Positions 18,813-27,572 of a DNA stretch of 64,000 bases are shown piece by piece. Positions within the stretch are counted from its first letter, which is position 1. Each line of letters opens with the position of its first letter. The notes under the pieces were generated by a model. That model was not told the DNA's origin, ran no database searches, and worked only from the letters and a program-made list of their open reading frames with translations. Position numbers and translations under genes: made by a program. Origin of the DNA: an uncultured Desulfovibrionaceae bacterium (lineage in GTDB: Bacteria > Desulfobacterota > Desulfovibrionia > Desulfovibrionales > Desulfovibrionaceae); NCBI GenBank assembly GCA_937934715.1, contig CALGYO010000049.1, positions 19,257-83,256 of the forward strand, in the 5' to 3' direction.

Positions 18813-19711
18813 GTCCTCGTTACGCCTATTATCCGGGATGCTCGGGGCTTGGCTCCTCGCTCGAGTACGACACGTCCACGCGCGCCATGTGCGAGAGCCT
18901 CGGCGTCGAACTTGTGGACATCCCTGACTGGAACTGCTGCGGGTCCACCCCGGCGCACGCCGTCGATCACTTGTTGTCCGCCTGCCTGGCGGGACGGAAC
19001 CTGGAGATCGCCGACGGGATGGCCGAAGAGCGCAAGCTCGACGGCATCATCACGCCGTGCCCCAGCTGCCTGAAAAATCTCAAGACCACCCAGCGCAGCC
19101 TGTCCGATCCCGAATTCCGCCGCAAGGTGGAGCAGGTGCTGGGCAAGCCTCTGCGCGCCGGACTGCCCATCAAGTCCGTGCTCCAGGTGGTGGTCGAGGA
19201 CCTCGGGGTCGAGGCCCTGGGCCGCCTGGTCAAGACGCCGCTCGCCGGCATGCGGGTGGTTCCCTACTACGGCTGCATCATGGTCCGTCCTCCAAGGCTC
19301 ATGCGGTTCGACGATCCGGAAAACCCCATGGCCCTGGACAACCTGCTGCGGGAACTGGGGGCCGAGGTGCTGCCCTTCGCCCTGAAGACGGACTGCTGCG
19401 GCGCGGCCCTGGGGACGGTCCGCAAGGACGTGGTGGCCAGGCTTTCCGGGCGCATCCTGGATGCGGCCGTAGAGGCCGGGGCCGACGCCATCGTCACGGC
19501 CTGTCCGTTGTGCCAGATGAACCTGGATATGCGGCGGCCGCAGATCAACCGCGCCAATCGCAGCAGGCACAACCTCCCCGTGTTCTATTATTCGCAGCTC
19601 GCCGGTCTCGCATCCGGGCAGGGGGAAGCGGCCACCATGATGGACAAACTCTGCGTCAGTCCGCGCCTCCTGCTCAATTCACTGGCGCAACACACCGGAG
19701 AAAGGGCGTAA
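18809..19711 (+). CDS. hdrB: heterodisulfide reductase subunit B-like (HdrB)
   Basis: Two CCG cysteine-rich domains (DWNCCGS..., TDCCGAA...CPLCQ); overlaps hdrC stop and hdrA start. Confidence 0.85.
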   Translation: MSPRYAYYPGCSGLGSSLEYDTSTRAMCESLGVELVDIPDWNCCGSTPAHAVDHLLSACLAGRNLEIADGMAEERKLDGIITPCPSCLKNLKTTQRSLSDPEFRRKVEQVLGKPLRAGLPIKSVLQVVVEDLGVEALGRLVKTPLAGMRVVPYYGCIMVRPPRLMRFDDPENPMALDNLLRELGAEVLPFALKTDCCGAALGTVRKDVVARLSGRILDAAVEAGADAIVTACPLCQMNLDMRRPQINRANRSRHNLPVFYYSQLAGLASGQGEAATMMDKLCVSPRLLLNSLAQHTGERA

Positions 19712-21666
19712 TGAACATCGGAGTCTTCGTCTGCCATTGCGGCAGCAACATCGCCGGAACCGTGGATACCGAGGCCGTGGCCAAGGCCGCCTTGGAGTAT
19801 CGTGAAGTGGTCTTTGCCACGGACGCCATGTACGCCTGCTCCGAACCCGGCCAGGCGGGCATCGTGGAAGCCATCGGAACCTATGCCCTGGACGGCGTGG
19901 TGGTCGCGTCCTGCACCCCGCGCATGCACGAGGCGACCTTCCGGCGCACCCTGGAACGGGCGGGACTCAACAGGTACATGTTCGAGATGGCCAACATCCG
20001 GGAACATGTCTCCTGGGTCGGCAAGGACAAGGCGGCCAACACCCGCAAGGCCGCCGAGCTCGTGCACATGGCCGTGGAAAAGCTGCGCCGCAACGAACGG
20101 CTCCAGGCCGGCGAATTCGACATCGCCAAGCGGGTCATGGTCATCGGCGGCGGCGTGGCCGGCATCCAGGCCGCCCTGGACTGCGCCGACGGCGGGCTCG
20201 AAGTGGTCCTGGTGGAGCGCGAGCCGAGCATCGGCGGCAAGATGTCCAAGCTCGACAAGACCTTCCCCACCGTGGACTGCTCCAGCTGCATCCTGGGCCC
20301 CAAGATGGTGGATGTGGCCCAGCATCCCAACATCACCCTGTACGCCCTGTCCGAGGTGGACTCCGTGGACGGCTTCGTGGGCAATTTCAACGTCACCGTG
20401 CGCCGGAAAGCCGCCTACGTGGACTGGGACGCCTGCACCGGCTGCGGCGAATGCGCGGCCAAATGCCCGAGCAAGAAGACCCCGGACCGGTTCAACGAAT
20501 TCATCGGCCTGACCACGGCCATCAACATTCCCTTCCCCCAGGCCATTCCCAAGAAGGCCAGCATCAACGCGAACGCCTGCATCAAGCTGACCAAGGGCAA
20601 ATGCGGCGCGTGCGCCAAGGTCTGCCCGACCGGGGCCATCCGCTTCGACCAGAAGGACGAGCTGGTCACCGAGAAGGTGGGGGCCATCATCGCCGCCACG
20701 GGCTACGACCTGTTCGACTTCACCAAATACGGGGAATACGGCGGCGGCCGGTATCCGGACGTGATCACCGCCATGCAGTACGAGCGGCTGCTTTCGGCTT
20801 CCGGCCCCACCGAAGGCCACATCCGGCGGCCATCGGACGGGGCCGAGCCCAGGGACATCGTCTTCATCCAGTGCGTGGGCTCCCGGGACAAATCCATCGG
20901 CCGTCCCTACTGCACCGGGTTTTGCTGCATGTACACGGCGAAGCAGACCATCCTGACCAAGGATCACATGCCGGACTCCCAGTCCTACGTCTTCTACATG
21001 GACATCCGCTCGCCCGGAAAGAACTACGACGAATTCACCCGGCGGGCCATGGAGGAGTATGGCGCCAAGTACATCCGGGGCAGGGTCTCGGCCATCCAGC
21101 CGAAAAACGGCCGCTACCTGGTCAAGGGCGCGGACACGCTCCTGGGACGGCAGGTGGAGATCGAGGCCGACCTCGTCGTCCTGGCCGTAGGGGCCGAGGC
21201 CGCCAGGGGAGCGGGGGAGCTGGCCGAAAAGCTGCGCATCTCCTACGACCCGTACGGATTCTTCCTCGAGGGACATCCCAAGCTCAAACCCGTCGAAACC
21301 AACACCGCGGGCGTTTACCTGGCCGGTTCCTGCCAGGGGCCCAAGGACATCCCGTCCTCGGTGGCCCAGGGCGGCGCGGCCGCGGCCAAGGCGCTGTCCC
21401 TGTTGTCGAAGGACAAGCTGGCCAGCGACCCCCAGGTTTCGGGCGTCAAGCTGGCGCGCTGCATCGGCTGCGGCAAGTGCGAATCCGTCTGTCCCTTCGG
21501 CGCCATCGAGATGATCGAATTCCGCGGCATGCCAAAGGCCTCGATCATCGAAACCGTATGCCAGGGCTGCGGCGTCTGTACGGCGGCCTGTCCCCAGGGA
21601 GCGGCTCAGCTGCGCCATTTCACCGACAACCAGATACTCGCCGAGGTGAACGCCTTATGTCTGTAA
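19711..21666 (+). CDS. hdrA: heterodisulfide reductase subunit A-like flavoprotein (HdrA)
   Basis: FAD fold VMVIGGGVAGIQAALD; Fe-S motifs CTGCGECAAKCP, CGACAKVCP, CIGCGKCESVCP, CQGCGVCTAACP; start MNIGVFVCHCGSNI (TAATG overlap with hdrB). Confidence 0.9.
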   Translation: MNIGVFVCHCGSNIAGTVDTEAVAKAALEYREVVFATDAMYACSEPGQAGIVEAIGTYALDGVVVASCTPRMHEATFRRTLERAGLNRYMFEMANIREHVSWVGKDKAANTRKAAELVHMAVEKLRRNERLQAGEFDIAKRVMVIGGGVAGIQAALDCADGGLEVVLVEREPSIGGKMSKLDKTFPTVDCSSCILGPKMVDVAQHPNITLYALSEVDSVDGFVGNFNVTVRRKAAYVDWDACTGCGECAAKCPSKKTPDRFNEFIGLTTAINIPFPQAIPKKASINANACIKLTKGKCGACAKVCPTGAIRFDQKDELVTEKVGAIIAATGYDLFDFTKYGEYGGGRYPDVITAMQYERLLSASGPTEGHIRRPSDGAEPRDIVFIQCVGSRDKSIGRPYCTGFCCMYTAKQTILTKDHMPDSQSYVFYMDIRSPGKNYDEFTRRAMEEYGAKYIRGRVSAIQPKNGRYLVKGADTLLGRQVEIEADLVVLAVGAEAARGAGELAEKLRISYDPYGFFLEGHPKLKPVETNTAGVYLAGSCQGPKDIPSSVAQGGAAAAKALSLLSKDKLASDPQVSGVKLARCIGCGKCESVCPFGAIEMIEFRGMPKASIIETVCQGCGVCTAACPQGAAQLRHFTDNQILAEVNALCL

Positions 21667-22130
21667 CCGAAGGAAAGGAACTGCGGATCATCGGCTTCCT
21701 TTGCAACTGGTGCTCCTACGCGGGCGCCGACACCGCCGGAGTGGGCCGCTTCGCCCAGCCCACGGACCTGCGGATCGTCAGGCTGCCCTGTACCGGCCGG
21801 ATCAACCCGCTGTTCATCGTCCGCGCATTCATGAACGGAGCCGACGGGGTCCTCGTTTCCGGCTGCCACCCGCGGGATTGCCATTACTCCGAAGGCAATT
21901 TCTACGCGCGCAGGCGGCTCGAGACGCTCAAGGCCCTGCTGCCCGTCATCGGCGTGGATCCCGGCCGCTTCGAATACACCTGGGTTTCGGCTTCCGAGGG
22001 ACAGCGTTGGCGGTCGGTGGTCGCCAGCTTTACCGAACAGGTCCATGCGCTGGGTTCCATGCCCCGTTTCATGTCCGGGACCAGCCTGGATCTGTGCCTG
22101 CGTCCGGCGGTCCAACCCCGCGTCTTCTAA
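21657..22130 (+). CDS. flxD: MvhD-like protein (FlxD)
   Basis: FLCNWCSYAGAD...RLPCTGR...SGCHPRDCHY, the methyl-viologen-reducing hydrogenase delta-subunit pattern; overlaps hdrA end. Confidence 0.85.
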   Translation: MSVTEGKELRIIGFLCNWCSYAGADTAGVGRFAQPTDLRIVRLPCTGRINPLFIVRAFMNGADGVLVSGCHPRDCHYSEGNFYARRRLETLKALLPVIGVDPGRFEYTWVSASEGQRWRSVVASFTEQVHALGSMPRFMSGTSLDLCLRPAVQPRVF

Positions 22131-22141
22131 AGGAGTCCCGC

Positions 22142-23104
22142 ATGGCATCATCCCTTGACGAATTGAAAACCGCGATCAGAAAGGCGCTGCCCGGCCTCGA
22201 TGTGGTCATCGCCTGGACGGCGGGCCCCGACGCCCTGAGCCACGCTCCGCTGTTCATCACGGAGGAGGCGGACGTCGCGCGCATCGAATGGGATCCCCGG
22301 TGTTCTCAGAACCTGGCCGGATACCTGCCCGGCCTGCGCGGCAAGAAGGCCGGCATCGTGGCCAAGGGCTGCGACGTCCGCTCCATTGTCGAGCTGCTGC
22401 AGGAAAAACTCATCGACCGGGAGGACGTCGTCATCTTCGGCCTGGATTGCCAAGGCGCCGTGGACGCCCGGTCGGCGCGCGCCGCTCTCGGCTCGTCCAG
22501 GGGCGTCCGGGACGTCGCCATCGACGGCGCGTCCGTATGCTTTTCCGTGAACGGGGAGCCCAGATTCTTTTCCCCGGGCGAGGTCCTGCAGAGCAAATGC
22601 TTCGGCTGCGCCGGGGCCGATGCCGGCCTCTGCGATCATTTCGCGGGCGAGCGCGGCCTGCCGCCCCAGTTCGGGAACCCGCCGGAATCGACGCTGGAGA
22701 GGCTGGAGGCCATGGACATGGAGGAGCGCCTGCGCTTCTGGGAAACGCAGATGAGCCGGTGCATCCGTTGCTACGCCTGCCGGTCCGCCTGCCCCCTGTG
22801 CGTCTGCCAGGACCACTGCGCGGCTCAGAGCCGCGAGCCCCACTGGGTGGATCAGACCGACCATCCCAGGGAAAAGCTCATGTTCCAGGCCATCCACGCC
22901 CTGCATACGGCCGGGCGCTGCACCGAATGCGGCGAATGCGAACGGGCCTGTCCCATGGGGCTGCCCGTCATGACCCTGAAGCGGGCCCTCAACCGCCGCA
23001 TCAAGGACGTCTTCGACTACCAGGCCGGGATCGATCCGAACCAGACCCCGCCCCTGTTCGAGTTCCGGGAAGTGGAAACAAACATCAAGGAAAGGGAATG
23101 GTAA
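22142..23104 (+). CDS. flxC: 4Fe-4S dicluster protein (FlxC)
   Basis: CIRCYACRSACPLCVC and CTECGECERACP; start MASSLDEL after AAAGGAG. Confidence 0.75.
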   Translation: MASSLDELKTAIRKALPGLDVVIAWTAGPDALSHAPLFITEEADVARIEWDPRCSQNLAGYLPGLRGKKAGIVAKGCDVRSIVELLQEKLIDREDVVIFGLDCQGAVDARSARAALGSSRGVRDVAIDGASVCFSVNGEPRFFSPGEVLQSKCFGCAGADAGLCDHFAGERGLPPQFGNPPESTLERLEAMDMEERLRFWETQMSRCIRCYACRSACPLCVCQDHCAAQSREPHWVDQTDHPREKLMFQAIHALHTAGRCTECGECERACPMGLPVMTLKRALNRRIKDVFDYQAGIDPNQTPPLFEFREVETNIKEREW

Positions 23105-24174
23105 TGCCCACCGCACGATACATCGCACACGACAAGCTCATGCCCTGGCTTCTGGGCCTGGCCGAAGGGAGGCGGGTGCTGGCCCCTGTGCGGGAGGGCG
23201 GAAAGACGCTCTTCCTGCCCCTCAGGGAAGACAGCCGGCTGGATCTGCGGGGGCTGGCCGACGACTCGGCCAAAGCGGCCCTGCTCCCGCGCTGCGAGCC
23301 CCTGCTCGAGTTCCACTACGCCAAAACCGCCGGCGTCCCGTCCAGGACGACGCTCGAGGTGCGCGAGATCCTGCCCGGCCAAGAGACCTTCCTCTTCGGC
23401 GTCAGGCCCTGCGACGCCAGGGGATTCACCGTGTTCGACCGCGTCTACGACGCCGGGACCCGCCGGGACATCTACTATTGCTCCCGCCGGGACAAGACGC
23501 TGGTGGCGGCGATCGCCTGCGCCGACCCGGCCGAGACCTGCTTCTGCAACCGCGTCGGCGGGGATCCCGGCGGTTCGGACGGCGCGGATCTTCTGTTCAC
23601 GCCCGTCGAAGGCGGGTTCACGGTCGAGGCCGTGACCGAACGGGGCGGCGCGTTCCTGCGGGAGCAAGCGCTTGAGGAGGCGGACGGCAAGGCGGAGGAG
23701 GCGCGCGAGGTCCGCGAAGCCGTGAGACGGGCCATGCCCGAGGGCCCCTCCCTCGACGGCGCTCCGGACGAAGTGCTCCGGCTGTTCGACGACGGGGCAT
23801 TCTGGGAGAGCGTGGCGGCCAAATGCCTGAGCTGCGGCGTCTGCAGCTATCTGTGTCCCACCTGCTACTGCTTCAACATGACCGACGAGAGCAACGGAAA
23901 CGACGGGGTCCGGGTGCGGACCTGGGACAATTGCATGTCCTTCCAGTTTACCCTGGAGGGCAGCGGCCACAACCCGCGCAACGGGAAGGCCCAGCGCATG
24001 CGCAACCGGATCGGCCATAAATTCAGCTATTACCCAAAGTTACACGACGGCAATCTTGCCTGCGTGGGATGCGGGCGGTGCATCGCGAACTGCCCCGCGT
24101 CCATGGATGTCCGGGCTATCGTAATCCAAGCGCGTTCCCGCGTCCTGGACAAGGAGGAGTACGCCAATGAGTGA
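23104..24174 (+). CDS. flxB: 4Fe-4S dicluster protein (FlxB)
   Basis: CLSCGVCSYLCPTCYC and CVGCGRCIANCP; start overlaps flxC stop (alternative ATG at 23098). Confidence 0.75.
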   Translation: MPTARYIAHDKLMPWLLGLAEGRRVLAPVREGGKTLFLPLREDSRLDLRGLADDSAKAALLPRCEPLLEFHYAKTAGVPSRTTLEVREILPGQETFLFGVRPCDARGFTVFDRVYDAGTRRDIYYCSRRDKTLVAAIACADPAETCFCNRVGGDPGGSDGADLLFTPVEGGFTVEAVTERGGAFLREQALEEADGKAEEAREVREAVRRAMPEGPSLDGAPDEVLRLFDDGAFWESVAAKCLSCGVCSYLCPTCYCFNMTDESNGNDGVRVRTWDNCMSFQFTLEGSGHNPRNGKAQRMRNRIGHKFSYYPKLHDGNLACVGCGRCIANCPASMDVRAIVIQARSRVLDKEEYANE

Positions 24175-25009
24175 TTCGTACAGATCCAACCTGTATCTCC
24201 CCGATATGGCCACCATCCAGGAGGTGATTGAGGAGACGCAGAACATCAAGACGTTCCGCGTCACGCTCAATAATCCCGACGCGATGCGCAGTTTCCGGTT
24301 CGAGCCGGGGCAGGTGGGGCAGCTGTCGGTCTTTGGCGTGGGGGAATCGACGTTCGTCATCAACTCGCCGCCCAGCCGCATGGACTATCTCCAGTTCAGC
24401 GTGATGCGCGTGGGGGAGCTGACCGAGAGGCTGCACAAGCTGCGGCCCGGCGACCAGATCGGCGTGCGCGCCCCTTTGGGCAACTGCTTTCCCTACAAGG
24501 CCATGAAGGGAAAGGACATCGTCTTCGTCGGCGGCGGCATCGGCATGGCTCCGTTGCGGACGCTCCTCCTCTACATGCTCGACAACCGGGAGGACTACGG
24601 CAAGATCACGCTGCTCTACGGCGCCCGCAGCCCCTCGGACATGGCCTTCAGCTATGAACTGCCCGACTGGCTGGGCCGGCCGGACATGACCACCGAACTG
24701 ACCGTCGACAACGGGGCCCCGGGCTGGGAACGCCATATCGGGCTCATCCCCAACGTGCTCAAGGAAATGGCTCCCTCCTCCAAGGACGCCTTCGCCGTGA
24801 CCTGCGGCCCGCCGATCATGATCAGGTTCACCATCGAAGCCCTGCATTCGCTGGGGTTCGAGGACGACCGGATCATCACCACCCTGGAAAAGCGGATGAA
24901 ATGCGGGGTGGGCATCTGCGGCCGGTGCAACATCGGCACCAAATACGTCTGCAAGGACGGCCCGGTCTTCACCAACGCCCAGCTTCGGAGGCAGCCCAAC
25001 GAGATGTAG
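24167..25009 (+). CDS. flxA: FAD/NAD(P)-binding oxidoreductase with 2Fe-2S site (FlxA)
   Basis: Ferredoxin-reductase-type fold (FRFEPGQ, GGGIGMAP) and C-terminal CGVGICGRCN cluster motif. Confidence 0.8.
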   Translation: MSDSYRSNLYLPDMATIQEVIEETQNIKTFRVTLNNPDAMRSFRFEPGQVGQLSVFGVGESTFVINSPPSRMDYLQFSVMRVGELTERLHKLRPGDQIGVRAPLGNCFPYKAMKGKDIVFVGGGIGMAPLRTLLLYMLDNREDYGKITLLYGARSPSDMAFSYELPDWLGRPDMTTELTVDNGAPGWERHIGLIPNVLKEMAPSSKDAFAVTCGPPIMIRFTIEALHSLGFEDDRIITTLEKRMKCGVGICGRCNIGTKYVCKDGPVFTNAQLRRQPNEM

Positions 25010-25030
25010 ACGCCCCGTTTTCCGGCCTTT

Positions 25031-25070
25031 GCGATCCGAAACGCCGACCGCCGTTTCGGATCGCCCTTTG
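25031..25070 (+). terminator. terminator hairpin after flxA
   Basis: 13-bp perfect stem gcgatccgaaacg / cgtttcggatcgc with 8-nt loop, followed by cctttgg. Confidence 0.65.
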
Positions 25071-25126
25071 GATTCGCGTTCGGGAGTTCGCCGCCGCGCC
25101 CTGTCAGGCGAGAGAGGAGCAAAGGG

Positions 25127-25924
25127 ATGTACGATGACGTTGTGATTGACGGATGGATGGAGCGGGGCTGGCCGCCGGGCAACGCCGGGGGCGCCGGGGG
25201 GCTGTTCCTGACCCAGAGGGAAGCCGACTTCCTGCGTTTGCCGCCGGAACTTTTTTTCGCCTCCGAACTGTTCCAGGGAAAATACGTCCGGCGCAGGGAC
25301 CTCGTGCGCGACTATCCCATACAATCGGTCTGCTCGCGCCGCAGCCTGCTCTACTCGGGAGAGCGGCTCGACCAGTTCGACCAGGACGTCTTTTTAGCCA
25401 GCGCGGCCCGGTTTCCCAGGCAGAAATCCTCGGCGCCCAGCGCTCTCAAAATGGACCTGAAGGCGCTGGCCAGGGAAGTGCTGGGCAGGGGGGGGGCCGT
25501 CGACCGGCGCCGGGTCTCCGAATCGCTGCGCAGGCTGGAGTCCGGGCGCATCAAGATCCGCGGCGGACGGTTCACCTGTTATCTGCAGCCCATCCAGAAG
25601 GCCCTGTTCGACGACAAGGCGGATCACTGCGTCATCGAGCTGAACCCGGAGATCCTCCGCGCGCTGCAACGCGGGGAGGATCTCCGGGGCTTCGTCCGTG
25701 AGCGTTTCCGGTTGTCCAAGGTTTCCATGGACCGCTGGCTGCACGGGGTCATGCACTACAGCGATCGCATCTGCATTCCCTTCGCCTGGCTCCCCGTCCT
25801 CTCCGGCAACGCCGGGGCCGTCCCCGCCCATGTGGAGGAATCCCTGAACCGGCTGCGCGGGTCGGCTCCGGCGTCTCGGCTGAAGCTGGGCGAAGGAGGA
25901 CTTGAAATCAGCCGAGGCGATTGA
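25127..25924 (+). CDS. TrfA-like (plasmid replication-initiator family) protein, orphan
   Basis: Colinear resemblance to RK2 TrfA core recalled from memory: LLYSGERLDQFDQDVFL versus ITYTGVELRADDDELVW; ESLRRLESGRIKI versus ECLSRLQATAMGF; VIELNPEIL.. versus VLIDEEIVV.. Confidence 0.45.
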   Translation: MYDDVVIDGWMERGWPPGNAGGAGGLFLTQREADFLRLPPELFFASELFQGKYVRRRDLVRDYPIQSVCSRRSLLYSGERLDQFDQDVFLASAARFPRQKSSAPSALKMDLKALAREVLGRGGAVDRRRVSESLRRLESGRIKIRGGRFTCYLQPIQKALFDDKADHCVIELNPEILRALQRGEDLRGFVRERFRLSKVSMDRWLHGVMHYSDRICIPFAWLPVLSGNAGAVPAHVEESLNRLRGSAPASRLKLGEGGLEISRGD

Positions 25925-25950
25925 GCGGCCGGGAAGAGATGATGAAAGGG

Positions 25951-26145
25951 TTAATGCATGGGGCCGTCGCCCCAGTCGTACAGCAGCCGGTCCTGCAGGG
26001 GCGCGTGCTCGTAGTCGGCCCACTTGTAGTCAGTCTGACTCATGAGCCACTGGATGACTTCGGCCTGGCTTGCGGGGGCGCCGGGGTATTCCACGACCTT
26101 GGAAATGATCTCTCCGAACGCATTGATTTCAATGGCGATCTTCAT
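25951..26145 (-). CDS. small hypothetical protein (64 aa)
   Basis: ATG (MKIAIEINAF) preceded by GGAG; the upstream part of the tracked ORF looks non-coding. Confidence 0.4.
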   Translation of the reverse strand: MKIAIEINAFGEIISKVVEYPGAPASQAEVIQWLMSQTDYKWADYEHAPLQDRLLYDWGDGPMH

Positions 26146-26502
26146 TGTTGCTCCGTTTGTTTTCACGAGCCGGGCCAGGGCGGCGCTCCGACGCGGCCAG
26201 CCCTCGGCCCGGCGCATCCTGTTGCGCGGGCCCGGCGGCAAGCGGCGTCCTTCAACCGTCGCTCGCCGCCCGCGGCCGGCAAGGGAAACGCAACGTCAAT
26301 GCCTCCGGCCTAACGCAGGCCCGGGGCCGCGTCAAACCCGGGACAACCGGCCTTTTGCGTTGCGTAAGGGAAAAACGTGATATTTTACGGGAGGTTGCGG
26401 TAAGGGCGCTTCGGCTGGGCCTCGAAAAATAAAAACCAAACCAAATGCCACATTTTTTGAACCGGGTCAATGGTCAAAGTGCGGCGACAAGGAGTCTCTC
26501 CC

Positions 26503-27525
26503 ATGAAGGCAGTCCCGGTCGAGAACGCCGTGGGCATGGTGCTCTGCCACGACATGACGCGCATCGTTCCAGACGAATACAAGGGCCCGGCCTTCCGCAA
26601 GGGGCACGTGATCACCGAAAACGATATCCCGGCCCTGCTGCGGATCGGCAAGGAGCATATCTACGTTCTGGATATGCCTCCGGGCAAGATCCACGAGGAC
26701 GAGGCGGCCGTGCGCATAGCCAGGGCCGCCGCCGGTCCCGGACTGACCCTGACCTGTGCGTGCGAGGGGCGCGTGAACATGACGGCGGCCAAGGGGCTGC
26801 TCGAGATCGACGTGAAGGCCCTCTACGAGATCAATTCCATCGAGGAAGTGACGCTGGCGACCATGCACGACGGCATGGTCATCACCGCCGCGCGCGACGT
26901 GGCGGGCGCCCGCGTGGTGCCGCTTGTCGTCGACGAAGCCAAGGTCCGGCGGGTGGAAGCCATCTGCGCCGCGCATTACCCGGTGATCCAGTCGCTGCCC
27001 CTGAAGCGCATGCGCGTGGGCGTCGTGACCACCGGCAGCGAGATCGTCCACGGCCGCATCAAGGACAAATTCGGTCCGGTCCTGAACAGGAAGCTCGGCC
27101 TTTGGGGGTCGGAAATCATGGGACAGACCTTCGTCGGCGACGAGGTCGAGACGACCCGCGACGCCATTCTGCGGTTCGTGGCCGACGGCGCCGAGATGGT
27201 CATGGTTACCGGCGGCATGTCCGTGGACCCGGACGACCAGACTCCGGCGAGCATACGGGCCACGGGCGCCGACGTGGCGACGTACGGTTCGCCCACCTTC
27301 CCGGGCGCCATGTTTCTGCTGGCCTATCTCGGCGACGTCCCCATCCTGGGGCTGCCCGGTTGCGTCATGTACTACCGGGCGTCCATCTTCGATCTGGTCG
27401 CGCCCAGGCTGCTGGCCGGAAAGCGCGTTACCCGCGCGGACATTGTCTCCATGGGGCATGGCGGATTCTGCGCCGGATGCGAAACCTGCCGCTATCCCCT
27501 TTGTTCCTTCGGAAAGCACGGTTGA
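26503..27525 (+). CDS. molybdopterin-binding (MoCF-biosynthesis domain) protein
   Basis: VGVVTTGSEIV...VMVTGGMSVDPDD MogA/MoeA-type domain; start MKAVPV after AAGGAG; immediately upstream of mop. Confidence 0.7.
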   Translation: MKAVPVENAVGMVLCHDMTRIVPDEYKGPAFRKGHVITENDIPALLRIGKEHIYVLDMPPGKIHEDEAAVRIARAAAGPGLTLTCACEGRVNMTAAKGLLEIDVKALYEINSIEEVTLATMHDGMVITAARDVAGARVVPLVVDEAKVRRVEAICAAHYPVIQSLPLKRMRVGVVTTGSEIVHGRIKDKFGPVLNRKLGLWGSEIMGQTFVGDEVETTRDAILRFVADGAEMVMVTGGMSVDPDDQTPASIRATGADVATYGSPTFPGAMFLLAYLGDVPILGLPGCVMYYRASIFDLVAPRLLAGKRVTRADIVSMGHGGFCAGCETCRYPLCSFGKHG

Positions 27526-27572
27526 TTGAAACGCAAAGCACCTACGAAACCCAGTACTGAGGAGAACATTCG

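Noticed and set aside
19057-19710. N-terminal extensions of hdrA in the ORF track. Similar long upstream extensions occur for flxD, flxC, flxB, terL, the L,D-transpeptidase, hutI-like, aroM-like, the permease, the DOPA-dioxygenase and the DHS-like gene.
   Set aside because: The extensions overlap the preceding genes and translate to Arg/Pro/Gly-rich sequence. Internal starts with RBS or stop-start overlaps give products that begin at the conserved family N-termini.
19588-21618. 676-aa ORF antisense to hdrA
   Set aside because: The opposite strand carries hdrA with clear FAD and Fe-S motifs; the antisense translation has no motifs and biased composition.
26146-26502. Possible Moco riboswitch upstream of the molybdopterin-binding gene and mop
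   Set aside because: I looked for the conserved Moco-RNA motif elements and could not recognise them by eye. A covariance-model scan (Rfam RF01055) would be needed, so no claim is made.
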